A stretch of 64,000 nt of DNA from Chloroflexota bacterium (GTDB taxonomy: Bacteria > Chloroflexota > Limnocylindria > Limnocylindrales > CSP1-4), in the NCBI GenBank assembly GCA_040752335.1, contig JBFMEV010000008.1, forward strand, positions 3,272 to 67,271, written 5' to 3'. The notes beneath the pieces were generated by a model, which was not told the DNA's origin, did no database searches, and saw nothing but the letters and a program-made list of their open reading frames with translations. The position numbers were made by a program, and so were the translations under genes. Below, piece by piece: positions 24,572 through 34,179 of this stretch. Each line of letters starts with the position of its first letter. The stretch's first letter is position 1.

Positions 24572-25771
24572 TCAGGCCCGCGCGGCGGCCGCGACCGGCG
24601 GGACGAACAGGCAGAGCGGGTCCGATTCGAAGGCGTCGCCGGTCCAGGCGAAGGCCCGGGCCCGGGAGCCGCCACAGATCGCGGCGTATTCGCAACGGCC
24701 GCAACGGCCCTTGAAGTTCTCCGGGTCCCGCAGGCCGGTGAAGACCGGGTGCTCGCGGTAGAGGGTCACGATGTCGTCGGTCCGGACGTTGCCGGTCGGG
24801 AGCGGCAGGAAACCGGACGGGAAGACGAAGCCGTTGTTGGCGACGAACATGATCCCGTTGCCGTCGCGGACCCCGAACCCGCGCCCGACGGATGTCGCGG
24901 CGATCGCGGCGTCGTCGAGTCCCTCGGCCTGCATCCGCTTGACCGCCACGCGCCGGTAGTGGGTCGCCTCGGTCGTCTTGATCGCGAACGGGGCGTCCTT
25001 CGACAGGCCGTACAGCCAGTGATTCAGGCGCTCCGCCTCCACGGGCGTGACCTCCTTTAGGGCCGAGCCGCGCCCGACCGAGATGAGGAAGAACAGGCTC
25101 CAGCGGATCACCCCGATCTCGACCATCAGGTCGTAGATCGCCGGCAGGTCCTCGAGGGTCTCGTCGGTGATGAGGGTGTTGACCTGGAGCGGCAACCCGA
25201 TCTCGTGGGTCCACCCCGCCGCCCTGAGGGTTGCCTCGAATGTCCCGGGAACGCCCCGGAAGCCGTCGTGCCGCTCGGGCGTTGAGCCGTCGAGCGACAG
25301 CGACATCGTCTGGATCCCGGCCGCCTTGAGGGCCCGCAGCCGTTCCGGCGTCAGCTCGGGGGTCGCCGCGGGGGCCAGCGAGGCGCCGATGCCACGGGCC
25401 GTAGCGCCTTCGACGAGGATCTCGAGGTCCGGCCGGCGCAGGGGATCGCCGCCGGTGAAGACGACGTGTGGATAGGGCTGCCCGAAGCCGGTGATCGCGT
25501 CGAGGAGCAGGAATCCCTCCTCGGTCGTTAGCTCGTCGGGGGCGCGCTCGGGGATGGCCTCGGCCCGGCAGTGGCGGCAGGCGAGGCCGCACGAGGTCGT
25601 CGTCTCCCAGTAGACGAGCATCGGGGCGCGGTTGAAGAGGTAGCCCTCCGGCCGGACCGACCCCACGCCGCCGATCGCACCGGGATGGCCGCCGGGATGG
25701 CCGCCGGGACGGCCTCCCGGGCCCGAGGGACTGCCGCCGGGATGCCCGGCGGGGGGCATGACCATGGTCAT
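24572..25771 (-). CDS. Radical SAM/SPASM-domain protein, AhbD/NirJ-like
   Basis: The CxxxCxxC motif is in TSCGLACRHC. The C-terminal SPASM Cys cluster is in GRCGRCEYAAICGG. The N-terminus is Gly/His/Pro-rich and low-complexity (GHPGG repeats). AGGAG lies 8 nt upstream of the ATG at 25771. That ATG overlaps the cpfC stop (ATGA). Confidence 0.85.
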   Translation of the reverse strand: MTMVMPPAGHPGGSPSGPGGRPGGHPGGHPGAIGGVGSVRPEGYLFNRAPMLVYWETTTSCGLACRHCRAEAIPERAPDELTTEEGFLLLDAITGFGQPYPHVVFTGGDPLRRPDLEILVEGATARGIGASLAPAATPELTPERLRALKAAGIQTMSLSLDGSTPERHDGFRGVPGTFEATLRAAGWTHEIGLPLQVNTLITDETLEDLPAIYDLMVEIGVIRWSLFFLISVGRGSALKEVTPVEAERLNHWLYGLSKDAPFAIKTTEATHYRRVAVKRMQAEGLDDAAIAATSVGRGFGVRDGNGIMFVANNGFVFPSGFLPLPTGNVRTDDIVTLYREHPVFTGLRDPENFKGRCGRCEYAAICGGSRARAFAWTGDAFESDPLCLFVPPVAAAARA

Positions 25772-26724
25772 CGGACGGCTCCTGAAAGGTCGTGGGTGGA
25801 GGTGGTGGCAAGGGCTCGGGTCGCCACGTCGGCCAGGCCGCCAATGAAGGTCGGGTCGTCGTTCATGGAGCGGGCCCGCTCGAGCCGGATGCCGGCCGCC
25901 TCGGCGACCGCCCGGGCCTCGATGTCGATGTCGTACAGGATCTCGAGATGGTCGGCCACGAAGCCGACAGGCGACACGACGACCTCGCGGACACCCTCGG
26001 CCGCGAGCCGCCGGAGCTCGTCGCGGAGGTCCGGGCCCAGCCATGGCTCGGCGGTCCGGCCGGCGCTCTGGAAGCACTGCTCGTACTCGGCGCAGCCGAG
26101 CCGGTCGGCGACCAGCCTGGCCGTCGCCGCGATCTCGTCGGGGTAGCGATCGCCCTCCGCGACGACCCGGGTCGGGAGGCTGTGGGCCGTGAACACGAGG
26201 CGGACGACGGCCGGCATCTCGAAGCGCTCGAGGGCCTCGCGGGTCGCCCGGGCGAGGGCCTCGATGAAGCGCGGCTCGTCGTGCCACGACTCGACGAAGA
26301 TCGCGGTGGGCATCAGCCGGTCGCCCCCGGCCGCTGCCGCCAGCCCGGCCTCGACCGCCCGCCGGTAGCCGGCGCCGTTGGACGAGCGCTGCGGCGCCAG
26401 GGCGATCGCCACGAACCGCTCGATCCCGTCGCGGGCCATCGCCTCCACGACGGTCGCGATCCGCGGCTCGATGTGGCGCATCCCGGCGTACACCGGCATC
26501 GCGCGGCCCCGCCGCGCCAGCTCGCCCTCGAGGGCCGCGCGCTGGCGCTCCACGACCCCCGACAGGGGCGAGGCGCCGCCGATCGCGCGGTAGCGGCCCA
26601 GGAGCTCCTCGAGCAGCTCCGGCGGCGGCGGGCTGCCGCGCCGGATGTCGGTGTAGTAGGCGGGCACCTCGTCGAGGGAGCGGGGGCCGCCGTAGGCCAT
26701 GAGCAGGACGGCGTCGCGGGGCAT
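25768..26724 (-). CDS. cpfC: Ferrochelatase (coproporphyrin ferrochelatase type)
   Basis: LLMAYGGP, FTAHSLP and …VGFVADHLEILYDIDIE… GGAGG lies upstream of the start. TGATG junction with hemE. Confidence 0.9.
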   Translation of the reverse strand: MPRDAVLLMAYGGPRSLDEVPAYYTDIRRGSPPPPELLEELLGRYRAIGGASPLSGVVERQRAALEGELARRGRAMPVYAGMRHIEPRIATVVEAMARDGIERFVAIALAPQRSSNGAGYRRAVEAGLAAAAGGDRLMPTAIFVESWHDEPRFIEALARATREALERFEMPAVVRLVFTAHSLPTRVVAEGDRYPDEIAATARLVADRLGCAEYEQCFQSAGRTAEPWLGPDLRDELRRLAAEGVREVVVSPVGFVADHLEILYDIDIEARAVAEAAGIRLERARSMNDDPTFIGGLADVATRALATTSTHDLSGAVR

Positions 26725-27812
26725 CACTGACCTCCGGGTCGGTACGCGTGGACGAGGTCGACGAGGCGGCGGAGGACGTCCGGGTCGGTCTCGGGGATGA
26801 CGCCGTGGCCCAGGTTGAAGACGTGACCGGGGCGCCCGGCGGCGAGATCGAGGATCCAGCGCGCGGCGCCTGCGACGTCGACCCACGGCCCGAGGAGCAG
26901 CGCCGGATCGAGGTTCCCCTGCACCGCCCGGTCGCCGACGACGGCCCAGCCCTCGTCGAGGGCGATCCGCCAGTCGAGGCCGATGACGTCGCCGCCGGCC
27001 TGGGCCTGGAGCCGCAGGAGCCCGGCCGTGTCGACCCCGAAGTGGGTCGAGGGCACACCGAGGCCGGCGATGCCCTCGAAGAGCCGGGTCATCCACGGCG
27101 CGACCGAGCGCCGGTAGTCGAGCGGCGACAGGCCGCCGACCCACGAATCGAAGACCTGGACGGCCTGGGCCCCGCTCTCGACCTGGGCCGTGAGGTAGGC
27201 GATCGTGGCGTCCACAAGCCGACTCATGAGCGCGTCCCACGTCGCCGGCTCGGCATGCATGAGCAGCCGCGTCCTCGGGAATTCGCGCGACGGCCCGCCG
27301 TCGACGAGGTAGCAGGCGAGGGTGAAGGGCGCCCCGGCGAAGCCGATGAGCGGCACCGGGCTCTCGGCCCTGACGAGGCGGATCGCCTCCAGCAGCGGAC
27401 CGACCGCCTCCACGGGATCGAACGGCCGGAGCCGCTCGACGTCGTCCGCGGAGGCGATCGGCCGCTCGATCACCGGGCCGACACCTGGCGCGATCTCGAA
27501 GCTCACGCCGAGCCCGGCGAGGGGCGTCGTGATGTCTGCGAAAAGGATGGCCGCGTCGACGCCGAGGCGGCGCACGGGCTGGAGGGTGACCTCGGCGCAC
27601 AGGGCCGGGTCGCGGGTGATCTCGACGAGCGAGGCCCGCTCGCGGATCGCCCGGAACTCGGGCAGCGACCGACCGGCCTGGCGCATGAACCAGACCGGGG
27701 TGACGTCGACCGGCAGGCGCAGCGCCGCCCGCAGATAGCGATCCGTGCGCGGCTCGGCCACGGCCACGGGGAGCTCGTCGGGGGTCGCGGCGGCGACGGC
27801 GCCGGCGGTCAT
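26724..27812 (-). CDS. hemE: Uroporphyrinogen decarboxylase
   Basis: PVWFMRQAGRSLPEF, …ILFADI…, …FDSWVG… and NLGHGV. Confidence 0.92.
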   Translation of the reverse strand: MTAGAVAAATPDELPVAVAEPRTDRYLRAALRLPVDVTPVWFMRQAGRSLPEFRAIRERASLVEITRDPALCAEVTLQPVRRLGVDAAILFADITTPLAGLGVSFEIAPGVGPVIERPIASADDVERLRPFDPVEAVGPLLEAIRLVRAESPVPLIGFAGAPFTLACYLVDGGPSREFPRTRLLMHAEPATWDALMSRLVDATIAYLTAQVESGAQAVQVFDSWVGGLSPLDYRRSVAPWMTRLFEGIAGLGVPSTHFGVDTAGLLRLQAQAGGDVIGLDWRIALDEGWAVVGDRAVQGNLDPALLLGPWVDVAGAARWILDLAAGRPGHVFNLGHGVIPETDPDVLRRLVDLVHAYRPGGQ

Positions 27813-29113
27813 GCCAGGAAGGCCTTGCGGGCCGCGGCGAGCGTCTCCTCGACGAGCTCGCGGTCGTGGGCCAGGGAGATGAACCAGGCCTCGAACTGCG
27901 AGGGCGGCAGGAGGATGCCCGCGTCGAGCATCGCCCCGAAGAAGCGGGCGTAGGCGGCCCGATCGGAGGCCATCGCGGCGTCGGACGTGGTGGGGACCCC
28001 CTCCCGGAAGAAGACCGTCAGGAGCGAGCCAACGCGGGCGATCCCGACCGTCCGGCCGGCGGCCGCCGCTGCCGCCCGGAGTCCCCCCTCCAGCTCCGCT
28101 CCGGTGGCCTCGAGGCGGTCGTACGCGGCGTCGTTTAGCAGCCCCAGCGTCGCTGCGCCGGCGGCCATCGAGAGGGGGTGGCCCGACAGCGTGCCGGCCT
28201 GGTACACGGGTCCGTCCGGGGCGATGCGGGCCATGAGGTCGCGTCGCCCGCCGTACGCCCCCACGGGCATGCCGCCGCCGACGATCTTGCCGAGGACGGT
28301 CAGCTCCGGCCGGATCCCGTAGCGAGCCTGGGCGCCGCCACGGGCCACGCGGAAGCCGGTGATGACCTCGTCGAAGACGAGCAGCGCGCCGTGGGTCTCG
28401 GTCACCGCCCGAAGCCCCTCGAGGAAGCCCGGGGCCGGGGCGATGACCCCGACGTTCGCCGCAACCGGCTCCACGATCACGGCCGCGATCCGGCCGGGAT
28501 GGGCCTCGAACGCCGCCCGGACGCCGGCGAGGTCGTTGATCGGGACGACGATCGTCGCGGCCGCGACCTGGGCCGGCACGCCGGCGCTGCCTGGGATTGC
28601 CAGCGTCGCGACCCCGGAGCCGGCGTCCACGAGGAGACCGTCGGAGTGGCCGTGATAGCCGCCGGCGAACTTCATCACCAGGTCGCGGCCGGTCGCGCCG
28701 CGGGCCAGGCGGAGGGCGCTCATCGCCGCCTCCGTCCCGGACGAGGTGAAGCGCAGCTTCTCCAGCGATGGCATCGCGGCACGGATCGTCTCGCCCAGGA
28801 CGACCTCCGACGGCGACGTCGCCCCCAGGGCAAAGCCCTCGAGGGCCGCTGCGCGGACGGCGTCGACGACGGCGGGATGGGCATGGCCGACGATGGCCGG
28901 ACCCCACGCGCCGATGTAGTCGATGTACCAGCGCCCGTCTGCGTCGCGGACCCGGGCGCCGGCGCCGCCGGCCAGGACGACGGGCGGGCGGCCGACCGAA
29001 CGGAAGGCCCGTACGGGGCTGTTGACGCCGCCCGGGAAGAGATCCTCGGCCCGCCGGACGATGGTCTCCTGGCGGGTCGGAGCGGAGGTGCCCGCGGGGC
29101 CGGCGGCGGTCAT
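27809..29113 (-). CDS. hemL: Glutamate-1-semialdehyde 2,1-aminomutase
   Basis: …[11 protein letters not shown]…, …FDEVITGFR…, and the PLP-binding lysine in [14 protein letters not shown] overlaps at both ends. Confidence 0.93.
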   Translation of the reverse strand: MTAAGPAGTSAPTRQETIVRRAEDLFPGGVNSPVRAFRSVGRPPVVLAGGAGARVRDADGRWYIDYIGAWGPAIVGHAHPAVVDAVRAAALEGFALGATSPSEVVLGETIRAAMPSLEKLRFTSSGTEAAMSALRLARGATGRDLVMKFAGGYHGHSDGLLVDAGSGVATLAIPGSAGVPAQVAAATIVVPINDLAGVRAAFEAHPGRIAAVIVEPVAANVGVIAPAPGFLEGLRAVTETHGALLVFDEVITGFRVARGGAQARYGIRPELTVLGKIVGGGMPVGAYGGRRDLMARIAPDGPVYQAGTLSGHPLSMAAGAATLGLLNDAAYDRLEATGAELEGGLRAAAAAAGRTVGIARVGSLLTVFFREGVPTTSDAAMASDRAAYARFFGAMLDAGILLPPSQFEAWFISLAHDRELVEETLAAARKAFLA

Positions 29114-30168
29114 CGGGCCTGGCCCTCCCGGAGCCACGTGGCGAGATCCGCGGCGGCGTAGCTGATGACGATGTCGGCGCCCGCCCGGACGATCGAGGTC
29201 AGGGCCTCCAGGTGCGTCCGTCGCCGGTCGATCCAGCCCAGCTGCGCGGCCGCCTCGATCTGGGCGTACTCGCCGCTGACCTGGTAGGCCGCGATCGGCA
29301 GCTCGAAACGGGCGCGGGCGGCGGCCAGGATGTCGAGCGACGGCATGGCCGGCTTCACGAGCAGGGCGTCGGCGCCCTCGTCCACGTCGATCGCCATCTC
29401 GCGCATCGCCTCGCGGAAGTTCGCCGGGTCCATCTGGTAGCCGCGCCGATCGCCGAAGGCCGGGGCGGAATCGGCAGCCTCGCGGAACGGGCCGTAGAAG
29501 GCCGAGGCCGTCTTGGCGGGATAGGCGAGGATCGCGGTCCCCGTCTCGCCGGCGGCATCGAGGCCGGCCCTGATCGCCGCGACCTGGCCGTCCATCATCG
29601 CGCTGGGAGCGACGATGTCGGCGCCCGCCTGGGCCTGCGAGACGGCGGTGGCGGCCAGGAGCTCGATGGCCGCGTCGTTGTCGACGCTGCCGTCCGGCAG
29701 GACGGGGCCGCAGTGGCCGTGGGCCGTGTACTCGCACAGGCAGGTGTCGGCGATGAGAACGAGGTCCGGGTCGGCGTCGCGGAGGCGCCGGAGGGTCTCC
29801 TGGACGATGCCGTCCTCGATCCAGGCGCCGGATCCCTCGGCGTCCTTCGAAGCCGGCAGGCCGAACAGGATGACCCCGCCGATGCCGAGCTCCACGAAGC
29901 GAGCGACGTCGATGGCCGCCTCATCGGGCGAGACCCGGGCCACGCCCGGGAGCGACGAGATCGGGCTGCGGACGCCGTGTCCGGGCTGGACGAAGATCGG
30001 CGCCACCAGCTGGCGGGGATCCACCCGCGTCTCGCGGACGAGCGCCCGCAGGGCGGCGGTCCGGCGGGTCCGCCGGAGACGATGGGCCGGGTCGACGGGC
30101 GCCGCCGGCGCCGGACGGTCCAGGCCTGCGGCGGCGGCCGCGCTCGCGCGGTCGATGAGGACGTTCAC
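29110..30168 (-). CDS. hemB: Porphobilinogen synthase (Zn-type)
   Basis: The Cys-rich Zn site is [14 protein letters not shown]. …[11 protein letters not shown]… The active-site Lys is in LLVKPA. The GTG start overlaps the hemCD stop (GTGA). Confidence 0.92.
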   Translation of the reverse strand: MNVLIDRASAAAAAGLDRPAPAAPVDPAHRLRRTRRTAALRALVRETRVDPRQLVAPIFVQPGHGVRSPISSLPGVARVSPDEAAIDVARFVELGIGGVILFGLPASKDAEGSGAWIEDGIVQETLRRLRDADPDLVLIADTCLCEYTAHGHCGPVLPDGSVDNDAAIELLAATAVSQAQAGADIVAPSAMMDGQVAAIRAGLDAAGETGTAILAYPAKTASAFYGPFREAADSAPAFGDRRGYQMDPANFREAMREMAIDVDEGADALLVKPAMPSLDILAAARARFELPIAAYQVSGEYAQIEAAAQLGWIDRRRTHLEALTSIVRAGADIVISYAAADLATWLREGQAR

Positions 30169-31985
30169 GCGGGATCCTCCTGGCGCGGTGTTCGCGACGG
30201 GCCGCCGGAGCGGCCGGGGAGCGAGGTTCGAACGAGGTCGGCGAGCGCGGCCGGCTCGGGTGCCGGGGCGACGAGGACAAGCTCGAAGCCGGCGCTCCGG
30301 GCGGCCTCCGCAGTCGACTCGCCGATGCAGCAGGCGATCGTGCGCCGGGCGACCGCCGGGTGGGCGCGGCCGAGGAGCCGGGTCAGGCCGCGGACGGCGG
30401 ATGGGCTTGCGAAAACGATCGCGGCAGGCCCGCCGGCCGCGAACACCGCGCGGAAGGCCTCCCGCGAGCCTTCCGGTCCCTCGATCGTGAGGTAGGCGAC
30501 GACGGCATCGACGCGGGCGCCGCGAGCCTCGAGATCCGCGACGGTCCGCGAGTCGGCGATGTCGGCGCGGGGCAGGAAGACGATCTCGCCACGCTCGATC
30601 GGCAGCTCCGCGGCGAGCGACGCCGCGTCGGCGTGCGAGGGGACGAACGTGACTTCGACACCGCGCGCCTCCAGGGCCGCCGCCGTGGCGGTCCCCACGG
30701 CCGCCCAGCGAAGGCCCGAGAGATCGACCCCCACACGAGCGGCAGCTTCGAGGATCGGCCCGACGGCGTTGGCGCTCGTGACAGCGATCCAGCTCGCCCG
30801 GGTCGCACGGACGACCGCACGATCGAGGTCCCCGCCAGCCTCCACCGGCCGGATCTCGATGGTCGGGATCGTCGCGGCGTCGAGGTCGAGGGCGTCGAGT
30901 GTCGCGACGAGGCGCTCTGCCTCGGCGGCCGGGCGCGTCACGAGGACGAGCGGTCGAGACGGCTGGCGGGGCGCCGCGCCCGGAACGGTCGCACCGGCCG
31001 CGACGCCGGCTGCGACGCTCGCCGCGAGCTCGGCGGTCAGTCGGGAGGCAAGCTCGGCGGCGAGCTCCAGCCGGTCGGCGATCGGGCCTCGGACCTCACC
31101 TCGCACCAGGGCCGGACGACCGTCCTCGGAGAGCGTCGGCTCGGTCGTGCCTGCCGTCGCGCCGCGAAGGACGATCTCGTCGCCCTCGACCGTCGCCAGG
31201 GCGCCGATCGGGGCTCGGCAACCGCCGCCGGTCGCCCGCAGGAACTCCCGCTCGGCCTCGACCGCGGCACGGGTCCCGGGATCGTCGAGCCGGGCCACGA
31301 TGGCCCGGGTGACCGGATCGTCGGTCCGGCACTGGACGGCGAGGGCCCCCTGGCCCGCCGCCGGCGGGCACAGCTCGGCCGAAACGATCTCGCCGATCCG
31401 ATCGGCCCGGTCCAGGCGAACCAGACCGGCGACCGCGAGGACGACTGCGTCGGTGGCGCCCTCGTCGAGCCGGCGGAGCCGGGTGTCGACGTTGCCGTGG
31501 AGCGGGTGGACGTTGAGATCCGGGCGGACGGCCCGCAGGAACGCCGAGCGGCGCGGGCTGTCGGTCCCGACCCGGGCCCCGTCGGGCAGGGCCGCGAGCG
31601 TCATCCCCGGCTTGCGCCCGACGACCGCATCGCGAGGGTCGGCCCGTCGCGGGTAGGCGGCGATCGTGAGCCGCGCAGGCTCTGCCGTCGGCACGTCCTT
31701 GGCGCTGTGGACGGCGAGATCGATGGTCCCGTCGAGGAGGCCGGCCTGGAGGGCGCCCACGAACGCGCCCTCACCCCAGGTCGTGTCAGGTGGGCGGTCG
31801 TCGCCGAGGGTCCGGACGGTCACCAGCTCGACCTCAACGCCGAGCGCCCGGAGGGCCTCGGCGACGGTCGACGACTGGGCGACGGCGAGGGCGCTTCCGC
31901 GGGTGCCGAGGCGCAGCGGCGGCGGCGCGATCCCGGCGAACTCGCCGGCAGTCGGGGCCGCGATCGCGGGACGCGAGGCGATCAC
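30165..31985 (-). CDS. hemC: Fused hydroxymethylbilane synthase / uroporphyrinogen-III synthase
   Basis: The N-terminal part is HemC ([14 protein letters not shown] … GNVDTRL … [10 protein letters not shown]). An Ala-rich linker follows. The last roughly 250 aa are HemD-like (…LVLVTRPA…[10 protein letters not shown]…IVFASPSAV…). The GTG at 31985 lies 2 nt after the hemA stop. Confidence 0.85.
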   Translation of the reverse strand: MIASRPAIAAPTAGEFAGIAPPPLRLGTRGSALAVAQSSTVAEALRALGVEVELVTVRTLGDDRPPDTTWGEGAFVGALQAGLLDGTIDLAVHSAKDVPTAEPARLTIAAYPRRADPRDAVVGRKPGMTLAALPDGARVGTDSPRRSAFLRAVRPDLNVHPLHGNVDTRLRRLDEGATDAVVLAVAGLVRLDRADRIGEIVSAELCPPAAGQGALAVQCRTDDPVTRAIVARLDDPGTRAAVEAEREFLRATGGGCRAPIGALATVEGDEIVLRGATAGTTEPTLSEDGRPALVRGEVRGPIADRLELAAELASRLTAELAASVAAGVAAGATVPGAAPRQPSRPLVLVTRPAAEAERLVATLDALDLDAATIPTIEIRPVEAGGDLDRAVVRATRASWIAVTSANAVGPILEAAARVGVDLSGLRWAAVGTATAAALEARGVEVTFVPSHADAASLAAELPIERGEIVFLPRADIADSRTVADLEARGARVDAVVAYLTIEGPEGSREAFRAVFAAGGPAAIVFASPSAVRGLTRLLGRAHPAVARRTIACCIGESTAEAARSAGFELVLVAPAPEPAALADLVRTSLPGRSGGPSRTPRQEDPA

Positions 31986-31987
31986 CG

Positions 31988-33169
31988 TCAGACTCCGAAG
32001 AGCTCGCGAGCGGCCCGCTCCAGGTCCGAGGACGGGTCCTCGTGCAGGGCGGCCAGGGGCGCGTGGAGGATCCCGGCGACGAGCCGGTGGCTCATCTGCT
32101 CGACGAGCGCGAGATCCTCCGGCGTCAGGTCGGTCAGCCGCCGGCGGAGCCACTCGACCTCGGCCGTTCGGTGTTGCTCGGCCTGCTCGACGACCGCCTG
32201 GATCGCCGGGACAGCGTCGCGCGACCGGAGCCACTGGCAGTAGTCGCGGCCGGCCTGGGCGATGAGTGTCTCGAGCTTTCGGCGGACCCGATCGCCCGGT
32301 CCATGGTCGTCGTCGGCGAGGTCGTCGACCGACACGAACCGCCCGCCGAGGCCATCCTGGAGACGGACCGGCACGGCTGGCGGAGAGGACAGGTCGACGA
32401 CCGGCGTCCGGGCCCTGACGAGCTTCGCCGCGGCCTCGGGTTCGAGTGGCCACTCGCCACCGATCGCGACGACGACGCCCTCGGGCGGCTCCTCGCCGAG
32501 CGTCCCGAACGTCGCGGTGGCGCCGCCGACCTCGCGGGCCAGGGCCGCGGCGCGGTCCTCGCCCCGGTTCGAGACGACAACCCGGCAGCCGCGCCGCTGG
32601 GCCGCGAACGCCGCCAGTCGGCCCATCCGGCCGACCCCCACGACCAGGATCCGGCGGCCATCGAGCGGGCCGATCTCGCCGCTGATCCGATCGAGCGCCA
32701 CGTCGGCCAGCGAGCGAGGCGCGCCGTTGAACCAGCCATGGGCGATCCGGCCGGCGTGGAGCGCGGCCTGGAACAGGCGGTCCAGGACGGGGTCGAGGGC
32801 CCGCTCGGCCCGGCGCTCGGCGATCGTCTGGCGGAGCTGGTGGAGGATCTGGGTCTCGCCGATGACGGCGCTGTCGAGACCGCAGGCGACCGAGATGAGG
32901 TGGCGCGCCGCGGCGACGTCCTGTAGCCGGACGGTGCCCTCGGGGATGGCCGGCAGCTCCTGCCGGAAGGCCGCCGGTGCCAGGTACAGCTCGACCCGAT
33001 GGCAGGTGTGGACGACGACGTGGCCCGGGCCTTCGCCGAGGTCGGCGAGCCGTCCGGCGAACGCCTCGCGCCGCCGGCTGGGCACGGTCCGGGCGTGGGC
33101 GACGAGGGCCGTGACGAAGGTCGCCTGGTCACCGTCGATCTCGGACCCCCGGGCCAGCTCGACGATCAC
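31988..33169 (-). CDS. hemA: Glutamyl-tRNA reductase
   Basis: HTCHRVELY holds the catalytic Cys. …DSAVIGETQILHQ… …ILVVGVGRMG… is the NADPH site. The GTG start overlaps the regulator stop. Confidence 0.9.
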   Translation of the reverse strand: MIVELARGSEIDGDQATFVTALVAHARTVPSRRREAFAGRLADLGEGPGHVVVHTCHRVELYLAPAAFRQELPAIPEGTVRLQDVAAARHLISVACGLDSAVIGETQILHQLRQTIAERRAERALDPVLDRLFQAALHAGRIAHGWFNGAPRSLADVALDRISGEIGPLDGRRILVVGVGRMGRLAAFAAQRRGCRVVVSNRGEDRAAALAREVGGATATFGTLGEEPPEGVVVAIGGEWPLEPEAAAKLVRARTPVVDLSSPPAVPVRLQDGLGGRFVSVDDLADDDHGPGDRVRRKLETLIAQAGRDYCQWLRSRDAVPAIQAVVEQAEQHRTAEVEWLRRRLTDLTPEDLALVEQMSHRLVAGILHAPLAALHEDPSSDLERAARELFGV

Positions 33170-33942
33170 GCCGATCCCTCCACTGCCCGGGAGGCGGCCG
33201 GGGTCGCGGTCCCATCACCGGCCGGCGCGGCAATGCGGGGCTTCGGGCGGCCGCTCGCCGTCGTGCGCCTGGCGGCCGCCGGGCTCGGGTCGTCGTAGCC
33301 ACGCAGGAGCTCCAGGAGCAGGCGGTCGAAGACTCGTGAGGCCGCGAGCATCAGGTCGATGGCCTCGTCCGTGTCGAGGCGGCGGCGATGTGCGATCCGG
33401 CTGAGCTCGTGCAGGAACGGCATCCGGAAGCGGAGGAACGTGTCGGTCAGGGCGTCCCGTGCCAGCTCGTGACCCCGCGCCATGGCGCCGTACCGTGCCG
33501 CGGACTCGAGCGCTCCGGCCAGCGCCGCCTCGCCCTCCTCGGGGGCGGCCGCATCGAGATAGCCCAGGACACCGGTGAGGATCCCCCGTCCCGGCTCGCG
33601 GAAGGCTTCCCGCTCAGTCTCATCGAGTGACCCGACGACGGCGTCGGGCCGGTTCTCGGCCGAGAGCTCGCGAGACAGCTCGCGGCGGTACTGCCGGACG
33701 ATGCGTTCAGGGGTCTCGCCGAGCTCATGGAGCCGTCGGCGACGCTGTGGGCCCTGGGGCAGGAGCTTCAGGATCGTCGCCCGGGAAAAGCGACGGTGGC
33801 CGCCGGGCGTGACGAACGCCTCGACGTCGCCGGCCTCGGTCCAGCGGCGGAGCGTCGCCGGGGAGACCCCGACGAGATCGCTTGCCTCGTGGATCGTCAG
33901 CCAGGTCCGGGGGGCACCACGTCGGTCCCGGGGCGATCCCAT
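33166..33942 (-). CDS. MerR/excisionase-type HTH (HTH_17-like) regulator with an uncharacterised helical C-terminal domain; first gene of the hem operon
   Basis: WLTIHEASDLVGVSPATLRRWTEAGDVEAFVTPGGHRRF is the helix-turn-helix. The remaining roughly 190 aa have no motif I recognise. Confidence 0.7.
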   Translation of the reverse strand: MGSPRDRRGAPRTWLTIHEASDLVGVSPATLRRWTEAGDVEAFVTPGGHRRFSRATILKLLPQGPQRRRRLHELGETPERIVRQYRRELSRELSAENRPDAVVGSLDETEREAFREPGRGILTGVLGYLDAAAPEEGEAALAGALESAARYGAMARGHELARDALTDTFLRFRMPFLHELSRIAHRRRLDTDEAIDLMLAASRVFDRLLLELLRGYDDPSPAAARRTTASGRPKPRIAAPAGDGTATPAASRAVEGSA

Positions 33943-33980
33943 CTAGCCTCCTCGATTCGGTCGGATGTGCAGAAGCCGCT

Positions 33981-33990
33981 CAAATCGCTC
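33981..33990. promoter_or_regulatory. Operator-like motif CAAATCGCTC (regulator-proximal copy)
   Basis: Exact reverse complement of 34126-34135. It lies 39 nt upstream of the regulator start codon. Confidence 0.35.
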
Positions 33991-34125
33991 GCAGTATCCC
34001 GAGCCCGCCACCGGGACCGAACGGGCCGATCCGGGGGTTCGTCGGGGGCCATTCGGCATGACATCGGACCTAGCCCGGAGGGCCCGCCGATGACCTGTCC
34101 GATTTAGATACTATCAGGCAGATTT

Positions 34126-34135
34126 GAGCGATTTG
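34126..34135. promoter_or_regulatory. Operator-like motif GAGCGATTTG (chdC-proximal copy) inside an AT-rich island
   Basis: It lies within GATTTAGATACTATCAGGCAGATTTGAGCGATTTGTAGGTAGG, the most AT-rich stretch in this neighbourhood. It is 45 nt upstream of the chdC ATG. Confidence 0.35.
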
Positions 34136-34179
34136 TAGGTAGGCGGTCCGGCAATGCCCGGGCGCCCCCGGGAGAGCAC

